From NCBI GenBank assembly GCA_001642005.1, contig LWCA01000018.1, positions 18,488-82,487 on the forward strand: a stretch of 64,000 nucleotides of DNA. Direction: 5' to 3'. How positions within the stretch are numbered: the first letter of the stretch is position 1; each line of letters starts with the position of its first letter. Origin of the DNA: Intoshia linei. Lineage: Eukaryota; Animalia; Orthonectida. This document shows, in pieces, positions 53,290 to 64,000 of the stretch. The position numbers and the translations under genes were made by a program. Below the pieces are notes generated by a model. It was not told where the DNA came from. It saw only the letters and a program-made list of their open reading frames with translations, and did no database searches.

Positions 53290-54012
53290 TTAAATTACCA
53301 ATTCATATTGACGTTCCAATGAACGAAGTAAATCTTGATCTAAACTATCCATGTCGCTTTCAATGTAAATTTCCAATTTATTTAGAAATTTAAAAAGTTT
53401 CTTTCCCAGTCTCCCATTGGAAAATTCTCTGTAAAAATGTATTTAGGTTAATAAAAATATAGCATGTTGTTGCTTTTGATACGATGTACCACCTGAACTT
53501 TTAAATTATTCATTAATCATCCGATTTCATAAAATAATACTCAATGTTGACTGAAAATGTGAGTTTCAAAAAATTGTAACTAATTCCAATTAACACTAGA
53601 GAAGGTTTATAAAGATTTCGCTAGCCTTAATTTCATATTAAATTTTCGTTCCCACCATCTTAGGTTAAAACTTGTTTGTTTAATAAGTGTCAAAGTAAAG
53701 ATAGCAAGTGTTCTAAGCATTTTAAAAATTCGATTAGTTAAACCATATATAAAATTTAAATGAGGTAATTTAGTATTATAAAAAATAATAAAAACTCGTC
53801 ATTTGTATCAAGTATGCATTTGATATAACCTCTCCAAAATGAAATCTAATATCAATATAAAGTATATAAATAATTATTGATACTAATTAATGATTAGTTT
53901 ACCTTAAGTAGCAAATTTAACGAATTTGGCTTGTTATTGCAACAATTACTGTTTTTTTGTATAACCGATAATTTGCCTTCAATAAACCCGTCATTGTATG
54001 CTTTATCATACA
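53290..54012 (-). CDS. Putative LTO1/ORAOV1 (Yae1_N-family) protein, 5' end unresolved
   Basis: Exons give MYDKAYNDGFIEGK, ISFWRGYI and GRLGKKLFKFLNKLE..LRSLERQYELVI*; only loosely similar to the GYxEG..EIxFYxG pattern. Confidence 0.4.
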
Positions 54013-54229
54013 TTCTAAAGTAATAAATGAATAGAGGGATAGAGATTTTTAATTATTATTAATTAGGAATGACAGAAATTTTTACAATTAAGGTTTAACG
54101 CAGTGGTTACTAATTAGCAGAAAACCCCCATTTTCAGACCTCGACTATTTTTTAAAGTTTCAGTATCATAATAAGTTTGTTTCCTGGAAATTAAACTGTC
54201 AAATCTAGGTCCTCAGATAGATTATATAC

Positions 54230-54823
54230 GAGGGGTGTCAGACTCGATTTGTTTAATTGATCAAATTTGAAAAAAATTATTATGCGGCCGCAAAACAAAA
54301 AAATGTTTATTCAACCCTTTCATTAATTAATAAAAATTTATATTATAACGTACATTCCAGAAATGGGGTGTATAATATACACCCGATATATACATAATAT
54401 TTTATCTGTTCCCAACTGTTACAGATACGCAACCAACTTTAATTAATTTGGTTTCAACATAGAATAAATAATATTGATGTGTCGCCATATTTTTTTGTCG
54501 CAAACTATCATTTAACCCTAATACTCCCAGACAAATTTGTCCAAAAATTTAGAAAGTTAATACATACTTGCCTATTTTTCACCATATAAAATTTTAGGTA
54601 ATTACCAATTGTAGTTATGAAGTTATTTCACATTCCATATGTTCACATTGGGAGAATAAGGCAAATAAAAGCGATAATTATGAATAAATAAATGAAGAAA
54701 AAACTATAAAAAACTGTAAAAATATATATGAGTAATATATGGAATATATTTTGTAATAATAATAAAAATTTATATTATAACGCGGGCCATTCCATTTTTT
54801 GGGCCGCAGAGTTGACACCACTG
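54230..54823. mobile_element. hAT MITE
   Basis: Ends gaggggtgtcagactc / gagttgacaccactg with subterminal gcggccgc/gggccgc motifs; TSD unclear. Confidence 0.6.
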
Positions 54824-55477
54824 GTTATAGTCATATAATATTATTCTGCGTGGCTAGGTTCCCGATTTGGACATCTTTTTATTTAAGATGAACTTATCTC
54901 AGTTCCTCTGTCAAATCCTTACATTGTTATTGCTAAAAATAACAGTCATTTCGCTCATAAACATACATTCCATTGTATACAAAATTAACTTGGAAATATT
55001 AAATTTAAATAGTATAAATAAGTAACAATATTGAGAAAAATTCATGTAACATTAGCGATAATTAGATAGTAAAACTAAACAGCCAATACTGCAATACAAA
55101 TTTTCTCGTAGTTTGAACAATTAAATTTTAAATACCAAACAATCAGACAGGTAATATATCAAATTTACAGTATAGTGGTCATCCGGTAACCCATGAACTA
55201 AAAACGATACATTATATCTTTTTAACGATTAATGATCAATTTTATCCGTCGTTATTTTTAGGGACAAATTCGCCAGTAACCTTACATTTTATGTAGAGGT
55301 TGAAGTAGTCAAAATCCAATTTTTTTAATTGTTGATTTACTCATTATTCACCTCTTATTAAAACTCTGAAAATATTATAAAATTTTATTGACTCTGCGGC
55401 GTGTACTGCCGTGAGAGTTATCAAAAAAAATATATATATATACTATTAACATTTCATTAATTCAAACATTTTAAAGG

Positions 55478-56446
55478 ATGAAAAAAATATCTAGCGCAAT
55501 TTTTTATGGATTAGTTTCTCTTTTGCTAACAATAGCCAACAAACAAATATTGACAATTTATACATTTCCATCAATATCATTTATATTTTCACTACAACTA
55601 GCATTTACGATACTAATTTTGTACGGAATCGGAATTCAACAAGGGCACACTAAAAGATACATGTCATTAAACTTATTGAAATCAATATACCCATTACCCG
55701 TAATATACTTTATAAACGCTTCAACCGGGCTGATGAGTACAAGAAACTTGAGTCTGCCAATGTTTGTCGCTTTAAGAAGATTCACTATAATATTTACACT
55801 AATAATGGAATTCATGCTGCTTGGTATAGTACCTAGCCGGAAAATATGCACATCGGTGGTAATAATGATGTTTGGGTCTGTTTTTGCAGCCAGTTATGAC
55901 TTTTCATTTGATTTTATAGTTTATTCAATAATTTTAATCAATGACGCTGCAACGACATTTTACAATGTAATTTCAAAACAAAAACTTGAAAACAATCAAT
56001 TTTCCAAAGAAACGTTAATTTTCTATAATTCAATCAACGCCCTACCTCTACTATTGATACAAACATTTTTAATTGAAGATTTAGGGAATGTTACAAGCTA
56101 TATATATTGGAGGGATTCTACATTTCTAACTATTTTTACAATTACGATCGTTTTTGGATACATTTACAATATATCTATAACACTTTGTACAAAATATAAT
56201 TCTCCTTTAACCACTACAGTCGTCGGTATAATCAAGAATATTATCACTACATATATTGGAATTATGACAGATCCTGATTATACATTTAATGTGCCCAATT
56301 GTATAGGTTTGCATCTAAGCCTTTTTGGTGCCATACTTTATTCTTATACCGTCTTTATTGAAAAATCCAATAAAGTTAAACAGAAATCTGTAGATTCTAT
56401 TGACGTTCCAATGAATTTGGAAAAAATTACTATTGAAACTCAGTAA
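55478..56446 (+). CDS. SLC35D-family UDP-sugar transporter (frc/sqv-7-like), intronless
   Basis: SAIFYG, NKQILT, LSLPMFVALRRF, CTKYNSPLTTTVVGIIKN and GAILYSY motifs; multiple TM segments. Confidence 0.93.
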   Translation: MKKISSAIFYGLVSLLLTIANKQILTIYTFPSISFIFSLQLAFTILILYGIGIQQGHTKRYMSLNLLKSIYPLPVIYFINASTGLMSTRNLSLPMFVALRRFTIIFTLIMEFMLLGIVPSRKICTSVVIMMFGSVFAASYDFSFDFIVYSIILINDAATTFYNVISKQKLENNQFSKETLIFYNSINALPLLLIQTFLIEDLGNVTSYIYWRDSTFLTIFTITIVFGYIYNISITLCTKYNSPLTTTVVGIIKNIITTYIGIMTDPDYTFNVPNCIGLHLSLFGAILYSYTVFIEKSNKVKQKSVDSIDVPMNLEKITIETQ

Positions 56447-56590
56447 ATGTAATAACTTTCAACGCAGATTCTAAGTAAAATTACCAAATCAAAACAAATA
56501 TCAAACTAAATGCAAAACCGGCATATTTATAGTGTCAATAAAATATTTAGTTTTTAATTGTAAATAATTTCAACAATAAAAATTTAATTA

Positions 56591-57644
56591 TTAACCGTTA
56601 ATGCTCGCGCTTTTTTATAACGTAAACGCTCGGAGAAACCAAAAAATGGTCGATTTTTATGAATGAAAAATGTGACACAAAGCAATAAAACATTTTGTTA
56701 TACGATTTAATTATTTTAATAGGCGTGGTTTTCAGAACATTTTTTACGAATAATATTTGCATGATCTTTGCAAATATGCTGATTACATGAAACGCATACT
56801 TAAAATGTTCTTTTAACATTGTAATTACATAAATAACATCTTCGCCTTTTTTAAACAGGTAACAATTCTAAAAATTAAATTAATTTTCAATAATTATAAA
56901 ATACCGATTGAATTATTCAGAGATTGAGATCTAAGTATTACATGATTATGGCATAAAGATTTTCCAAGTTCTCTCAAATACATCCGCCTAGGAACATGTT
57001 CATTTCCAGAAGAATATACTATATAATTATTCACTGCAAGAATGTTAAGAATTCCTTGAAATAAACTGTAAGGCCATCTTCTACTTCCCCTTTTCACGTT
57101 GTATTCATTACATAAATAGTCAAGTGCATCAACACCACCCTTGGTTTCATTATAAAACAAAATAATATGCGGTTTTTTCTTTTCGTTGTCGTGTTTTGTA
57201 GATATTACATTGACAATTCTTCTTGGCTTTGGATAATACGATACTAGTGATATTATTTTGTGGTAAGCTGAAACATGGAATAAACCTCGCGGTTTTTACT
57301 ATAAATGAAAAATGCAGCAAATTCTTTTTTATTTACTCTTATTGTACCGCACATTGTCAACTTTTTCTCCCATAAATCAAACGCTAACGGTATAGACGTA
57401 AACCAATTGTCCATAGTGACATTACGCCCACTACCCAAAATGGTTCCAACATTTTTATTGTAACATTATTAGATTTGTTCTTTTCGATGTCTTTCGATTT
57501 GCCCAGATAAACCTCCATATTACAGCAATAATAATTTTTAAAATCTACTACAGTATATAATTTTAATCCGTATTTACACGGTTTGGATGGTAAGTACATT
57601 TTAAAGTTGCATCTGCCTCTAAAAGCTATTATTGTTTCATCCAA
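56591..57644 (-). pseudogene. 5'-truncated, frameshifted piggyBac transposase with one TTAA end
   Basis: Fragments DETIIAFRGRCNFKMYLPSKPCKYGLK, VTMDNWFTS and YNETKGGVD..RRWP; TTAACCGTT end at 56591. Confidence 0.88.
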
Positions 57645-57712
57645 GGTGAAATCATTGAATTTTTATGGGACGTTAGTGCGACCTTCGAACAGTAAATTGT
57701 TCCCCACCTCTG
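57645..57712. mobile_element. Solo end of the 'CAGAGGTGG' hAT MITE abutting the truncated piggyBac
   Basis: gggacgttagtgcgaccttcgaacagtaaattgttccccacctctg matches 36626-36671. Confidence 0.75.
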
Positions 57713-57741
57713 AGATAGATTATTGAATTTTAGATAAATGG

Positions 57742-58314
57742 TCACATTTTAATCAGATTTCGTAGATAAGGAATACTCAAAAATGAATGAAATTTAAATA
57801 AAACGTTTAGTAAAATTACTTTGTATCGATCGATAACACATCGTCTAAAAAATTTGGTGACATTGATTCTAGAATCTAATTCCAAGTAAATATAGTATTT
57901 CAACTTTAGTGAGTGATAATAAAATTTTTGAAAATGATTTTTTGCAAACAAATATTTATAAGAATAAATCAGACGTAATATAAAATCGAAAATGTCATTT
58001 TTATCATTTTTAGTAGATTTATTGGAATTTATCGTACATTGGAAGGTTCTATATTTTGTAATCACCCTGTAGAAAACGAACAAATCAAATATGAGGATAC
58101 CTTGGTAAATTTCAATTAATATCAAATCAACATTTAATTTTAGCCATACAATGACTCTGAATCTGAAAAAATAAAGCATGCAGTAATTTTTATACCCGAT
58201 ATCTTCGTTAGTACATTGGCTGGACAGACGGCAGCTAATTTTCAGAAAAATAGCCGTTGGGCCACATCGGCATGAAAACCATGGATATAAGACTAAATAA
58301 ATAAAGTATATCAC
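57742..58314 (-). CDS. Possible uncharacterised gene (ORF reads through short intron-like segments)
   Basis: 190-codon frame containing GT..TTCAG / GT..CTACAG short-intron-like segments; no family recognised. Confidence 0.25.
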   Translation of the reverse strand: MIYFIYLVLYPWFSCRCGPTAIFLKISCRLSSQCTNEDIGYKNYCMLYFFRFRVIVWLKLNVDLILIEIYQGILIFDLFVFYRVITKYRTFQCTINSNKSTKNDKNDIFDFILRLIYSYKYLFAKNHFQKFYYHSLKLKYYIYLELDSRINVTKFFRRCVIDRYKVILLNVLFKFHSFLSIPYLRNLIKM

Positions 58315-60298
58315 GGACCATGATTCCTTTTCCTCTATAACAGTGTTCTTAGCCTTTTTTAAATGTAGCAGCCATCAGGCAGATCAATTATTTCCAGCAG
58401 CCCAATAAAAAATAATAAAATATACTTAAAATTCAATTTAAAAATGTACATTTGATAAGATTTAAATTAACTTAAATTCTCCACTTATTTGGTCGACAAA
58501 GTAAAAAAGTAAATACAATACATTCCAATTTTAAAATACAATTGTATAATTAAGTTGAATTTTTTATGAAAATTTAAAAAATAAAAATAATTTTTGATAT
58601 GTTAATCAGCATAAATCTATAAGAATAATGATATAAATACTATGCATATTAATTGGCTAATTAAAATTTTATAAAGTTTTAATTTTATTTTAAAAGTAAA
58701 TTACAGATGTTATTCCCTCACACAAACTAAATAATAAAAAACGCAAAGATTTATTTAAAAATACAGGAAGAAGTTTACCATCAGAAAATTATTGTAGATA
58801 TAAAACTGATTAACTATATCTAGAAGAAAATGATAGAATAAAAAAATATTGCTTCTTTTGAACAATATTTTTTTATTTTTACTAAATAACTTCTGTATAA
58901 ATTTAAGAAACTATAATAGAAAAGTGGATGAATTTATCACTTGCATGAAATTAAACAATAGGGATGTCAGTGAGGTTTTCCATCACTTTCGACATCCTCC
59001 TATACCAGCGTTTCCTAAAATGGGGGCTTAATGTTTTAAAAAATGAAAATTAAATATATTGAAAAAAGACTCAATAATACTGATATCCAAAATATAATGT
59101 TTGATATTGATGAATCCAGAAATCCTTCATTATACCATAAATTAAAGATGCTTCATCGACATCTATTTTCGCGGAAAAAAGTTTTAGTCTACTACTAAAT
59201 AAACTTTTTATCACAAGATGCTAAAAAACATTTAATAATTTACCACAATAAATCATATAATAAACAAATCACTTATTCCTTATTAGAATTTTGAATTAAT
59301 TAAAAATTATCTGATCATATTTTAGCTTGTCAAATGTAATTTATAAATCAATTTTTATAAAAGTAACTTTTAAGTATAATTAACAAAAGTTTTTTTTTTA
59401 TTATATAAGTTAATCAAGTTACAAAATTTCGATTTATAAGTTACATTTTTTAATTTTATAGATTAAAAAAGGCCCTACTTACAACCAAAGTATATATAAA
59501 AGTTTCTAAAAATGTATCTGCCTGTCTCACCATTTATTTAGAAACTGAGACAAATTTAAGTTCTAAAAATTGTCACCTTCATGGCCAAAACCACCAATTA
59601 TTCTTTATTTTAACAATTAAGTACAGTACCGTATTAGAATTTAAAAAAAAGCAGTTAAATTTAAATTTTATCGGACAGTATTTAAAGACATGAGGAATGC
59701 TCGTTGAGGATTACGTAAATTGCAACCATAAAAACTTACCTATCCACTCAAAAACGCAAATTACCATTATTTCGGAAAATAAAAAAATCCATAATTTTAG
59801 TTTTAAATGTTGGGTTTTTAGGCGCAGAAAGTATGATACATTTCAAATTAAAAAATGTGTACCTTTATGACCAAAACCCAAATTCACCTTTTTAACATGA
59901 AAAGTTCCGGTAACGATTAAAAATGTACAAGCATTTGTTGTGTATCTTATAATTTTCTGTGACTAAAGTTTAAAAGTATTTCTTATGACCTTCGAAAATG
60001 ATATTATGGTTTATTTTTAATATTCATATAAAAATGTATAAGTCAAATGTACCAACTGTTGTTAAAATTTAATAAAAATTTTAGTTCCTTGCAAATCAAA
60101 CTGAATCGGACAGATTTACTGCACCAAAAGAACTAAAACATGGAGATTTACATAAAATGTTTTACACGACAAAAAACCATTTCAATTTAAAGTATTTAAT
60201 GGATAACATATTACAATTTAGTTTAGTACAAGAAAAAAGTTTAAAAAACCGTCTCCACCAAAAGACAGAGAATCAATTTAGTTTTAAATGTAATTAAT

Positions 60299-61161
60299 TC
60301 AACGCCAAATTAAACATTTCGCAACAGATTCTTTACTTCGATGAACCTGTTTTTTTCCTTTTGGTGTGACGTTATAATTTGATTTATCGAACATTAAATC
60401 ATACATACTAACCATTTTTTTATCAAATTTAGTTTCGATAGGGGTGAAATATTTGCGGTGGTATTTTTTGGGTGGAAAAGTTTCCGTATAAACTGACATG
60501 ATAAAATCTTTGTTATGATTGATATTCAAGAGCGTTGGTTTATTAGAAATGTTGTAAATTTGGGACCATTCTATTGGAGATTTTTTCTGAGTTTTTTGGA
60601 ATCTTCTACGGCCCAATCCCTAGTATTAAATTTACAATTCAAACTTGTAGAAAGAAAGTTAATTAAGAGCACACTTAACAATTCACATCTATACCAAAAT
60701 CCAGAAATTCAAAGTAACTTTGAAATTTTCATCTGCACCGTCAAAAACCCAACCACTTTTTTCAAAAATGAAAAAATTAATCATTACTGAGCATATGAAT
60801 TTTAAACGTGCTGTTAATTGTACGCTTGTAGAAATGGCAAGTTACCGTTTCAAAATATGTGGCATCAGATAGAAACGAATGCCTATTGTCATGTTTAGAA
60901 AATATATAATCACGATTTCGACACCTGGACGCAGTCTAAATAAACATTAAAGAAATCAACAATTGAATACCGCACTACGCTTTTCAAATAGATATGGCGG
61001 GATTGGTTTAGATTTATGTCGATATGTATCGTGAATATCTACTCTGGATTTGCTGCGGTGATGACCATGGTATCCACTCTGGAACTAAGGACATGTACTT
61101 TAAAAAAGATTATACTCACCCAACTCCCCAGTATATGGCTTTTAGAGTGCGTTGTATCCAT
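60299..61161 (-). CDS. TEX36: TEX36-like HDNR-domain protein, 4 exons
   Basis: Spliced MDTTHSKSHILGSW|FQSGYHGHHRSKSR..|..IFSKHDNRHSFLSDATYFET|GLGRRR contains the HDNRHSF..GLGR signature. Confidence 0.8.
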
Positions 61162-61364
61162 TTGAAATTCAAATATGTGAATAACTAATTACATATACTA
61201 TTCCAGGTCAATGAGTATAATTAATTAAATGTTCTTTAAGTAGGTAATTTATTGCTTATTTACTCTTAAAAGTATATTTTATTGAAACAAACAGGTTACA
61301 TTATCAAATTGCCATTTATTGAAAAAATATTCATGGGTAATAAATATTTTTAATAATCAACGTG

Positions 61365-62399
61365 TTAAGAACACAATAATCTATTACTTAAAATGTACAA
61401 AATTGACAGGAAAAAAAGCACATAGGCTAATGAAATTAAAATCAAATCTGTAAATACTCGTCTCGAGTATTTTGATAAAAGACACTGTGACGCATTTATA
61501 AAATGTTTCATTTGTTCAATTTCTTTGTTTATCTCTTGTATATCATTGCTTCCAAGTTCTGTAAAAATGGGTTAAAATAATATAAAATTTAACACAATTA
61601 TTTATTAGATACAGTAATAAAATTCTGACGATTCTTTTTTATTTAAATGTGGTGTAGTTAAAACATTTATTTGGCCCATTATAAGATTTTGAATAAATCA
61701 TTGACAAGATTCACTATTGAAAAAATCAGAAATGATGGCAAGTGTCATAATTTTGACTCATTATAACTTGAATATAACAGGCTGATCCAAAATTTAACCC
61801 GATAAATTTTAATTAGAAATTTTAAAAAAAGATTATTACCAGTAAATAATATTTCATATTTTAAAAATTAGTTGGCAGCTTAAAAACTAGTAAAGTTTTT
61901 ATAATAGGGTTCTAAAAAATGAAGTGTGGTGTGACTGAACTTATGCAGTCCCCCGTGACATGAATGATGAAATATTTATTTTTTAAAAAATAAAATAAAT
62001 AAAAAATCTAGGTATATACGAATTTCAGAAATTTTCCCTATTTTTAAGCTATATGTAGAATAATAATTTGATGTTAGATATAATTAAGCTGAGAAACACT
62101 TATTAATGGAATTTATAAAAAGTATTAATTTTACGGATTTTGTACATTTTAGAACCTCTTATAAGACGTTCAATTAACACTATACGTGTTATAACATTTG
62201 AAATTTTTTAGTATTTCTATATTTTTCAATTGTATATAAAGTACATAACACGTAGTGTTAATTGTCTTTAATTGCTCTATTGTAGAATGATCATATTACC
62301 TATGGCGTTCAAATTCATTACCCCGTGTTGGTCTCTATCAGCTAATTGTTTGGTAATTGAATTAATGCTCGAGATACGATCCATTTTACTTCCATTCAT
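61365..62399 (-). CDS. BNIP1: Vesicle transport SNARE SEC20/BNIP1 (C-terminal SNARE and TM; 5' end uncertain)
   Basis: SQCLLSKYSRRVFTDLILISLAYVLFFLSILYILSNRL resembles BNIP1 RKLITKYNRRELTDKLLIFLALALFLATVLYIVKKRL. Confidence 0.8.
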
Positions 62400-63032
62400 A
62401 GTTAATTTGAATTAAATAAATTCTTTTTTTTTAATTTTGACAAAGTTTAATGTATAAAATAACTTTATTTAAAGGATCCATTAACATTTAGGAAATAATT
62501 TATTCAACTTTATTACTTTTGGTAATATCCTTTGCAATATTGGTATAATTCGCCTGAAATATGTTTATAAAGTGAAGATTCCGTTAATTATTGATACATA
62601 TTGGTATTTTGAAGTATTTATTAAATTGGTACTGAATATATATCATCAGTTATGATTCATCACATTGAAAATGACAAAATAGGTTTTTATAATTTTATTT
62701 TTTCTGGAATTTATGCTATTTTGACAAAATTTTTAATGAGTGTTTTTACTTTATTGTTAAGATTATACAACTCATTCTGTCTAATAAATTATTTCTTTAA
62801 TTTTATTTTTTCTGGAATTTATGCTATTTATGACAATTTTTAGGATTGGACGTGTTATAGGTTACCATAACCTATAATAAAAAGTGAAGATCACTTTATG
62901 ATTTTGTTTATTTGATTGTTTGAAATTTTGAAAAATTAATTTTCACGGTTTAACTGAACCCTTTAAGGCTGACTTACGGACTTACAGACTGTTTTTACTT
63001 TACTTTAATAATTCTGTCTAATAAATTAAAAA

Positions 63033-63440
63033 AATGGGATAACAATTGTTTTTAAAATTATTTACGCAAATGTTAACAAACAAAAAATTAAGATGGAATA
63101 ATTCACTTTAAAGTAAAAACTAATGTGATATGATGGTTCCACTTGAAACAAGTTTGGGAACCACTCTTTTAAAGGATTGATAATAGTAAATAGTAGGATT
63201 TTTAAGTTAGATTTTCAATGTGAATTTATTTTTTTTGGTATAATATAAATGTCCCTAGCAGAGCTAGGTGTTGTTTGTACGTAGTACATAACAGTCAACC
63301 TAATATCTATATAAATTTTATAAAACAGGATTTTTGAAAAAAATATTGGTAAAAGGTGATTTAAGGGTTTGTAAAATTTTGATTTTTTTTTATAAGATTT
63401 TAGTGAATGGTATGATTTAATAAAATGTTCTAAAAAAGTA
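63033..63440. repeat. Dispersed repeat, copy of the ~36150-36480 MITE interior
   Basis: Near-identical tacgcaaatgttaacaaa..gatggaataattcactttaaag..gtttgggaaccactcttttaaaggattgataatag..ctaggtg.tgtttgtacgtagtacataacagtcaa. Confidence 0.85.
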
Positions 63441-63766
63441 TCATTTACCTCTGGATTTGCAGTCACCCGATCTCAACCAAAGCACTGAGTTAGATTTTGT
63501 GTAAAACGTATAGCTGGAAACATGCAACATCGGCCGATTTATCTGTTTGTATAATGTATAAAGTATGTAACAGATAAGCTAGTACAATATGAAATGAAAA
63601 AACATGATATGAAATAAAAAAATCAATAAAGTAGCATCACAACAAATGAGTTCAAAAAATCACTAAAAAAAGTTAACATACATCAAACCATTGAACAAAA
63701 CAAAAAATAAAAACAAACAAGTTTACAAAATAGTTTATTTATTGATTTGAAAATATAAATAAAATA

Positions 63767-63970
63767 TTAACATTTATATTTAATTTTCTTCGAATAAGGA
63801 TTCAATTGAGATTTGAGTTGGCCTAATTTTGGATTATTGTAAGCTGTAACGACAATAAATTTGGCCTCGTCAAATTTTTCTCTTTTTATACATTTGATTT
63901 GACTTGTCATCAAATTGTGTATAAATACTTCAACCATTGGAACGTACTGTCGCAGACTCGTTAGTTTGAC
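63767..63970 (-). CDS. Last exon of a divergent T-box transcription factor (gene continues beyond the window)
   Basis: VKLTSLRQYVP..FDEAKFIVVTAYNNPKLGQLKSQLNPYSKKIK resembles T-box [41 protein letters not shown]. Confidence 0.82.
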   Translation of the reverse strand, partial: VKLTSLRQYVPMVEVFIHNLMTSQIKCIKREKFDEAKFIVVTAYNNPKLGQLKSQLNPYSKKIKYKC

Positions 63971-64000
63971 CTTGTTAATAAATTAAAATGGTTTAAAAAA

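Noticed and set aside
53306-53323. 18-bp exact match TATTGACGTTCCAATGAA with ~56398-56415
   Set aside because: Both copies lie in unrelated coding regions on opposite strands with no flanking similarity; probably chance in AT-rich DNA.
58067-58100. Minus-strand GTATCCTC donor resembling a U12 intron
   Set aside because: It mismatches RTATCCTTT, has no TCCTTAAC branch site, splicing it creates an immediate stop, and the host gene is doubtful.
62689-62840. Local ~40-bp direct repeat producing ORF 62652-62843
   Set aside because: Small duplication in repeat-rich intergenic DNA; the ORF has no protein-like features.
1-64000. tRNA, rRNA, spliceosomal snRNA or SL RNA genes; non-canonical splice sites or genetic code
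   Set aside because: No convincing signatures seen by eye; the introns checked were GT-AG and conserved proteins translate with the standard code.

Overview
This is AT-rich, gene-dense eukaryotic (metazoan) genomic DNA with mostly very short (~30-65 nt) GT-AG introns and TTTAG-type acceptors. The style resembles the compact genome of the orthonectid Intoshia linei; that assignment is an inference. Recognisable genes, in order: 3' part of prolyl-tRNA synthetase/EPRS, CCT8, MRPS18C, a GAE-less GGA-like VHS-GAT protein, a CD225/dispanin, splicing factor SF1, DDX21/50-like helicase, WBP2, Sidekick, a putative LTO1/ORAOV1, SLC35D, TEX36 (HDNR), BNIP1/SEC20 and the last exon of a divergent T-box factor. 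Several orphan genes lie between them. The window also holds two decayed piggyBac transposons and many non-autonomous elements (hAT, Tc1/pogo, piggyBac and MULE-like ends, often with visible TSDs); many share one ~40-bp CCCTTAAGGG-containing repeat module. The most notable observations are: (1) SF1 has Phe in place of the normally invariant ULM tryptophan; (2) Sidekick appears to have lost its GFSSFV PDZ-binding end through a 1-nt frameshift whose relic is still readable, and has a 5.1-kb exon; (3) several proteins are trimmed to a core domain (GGA, T-box, possibly SEC20); (4) gene packing is extreme, with 18 bp between two convergent stop codons and ~127 bp between tandem DDX21 and SF1. All calls come from manual reading and translation; no database searches were run.
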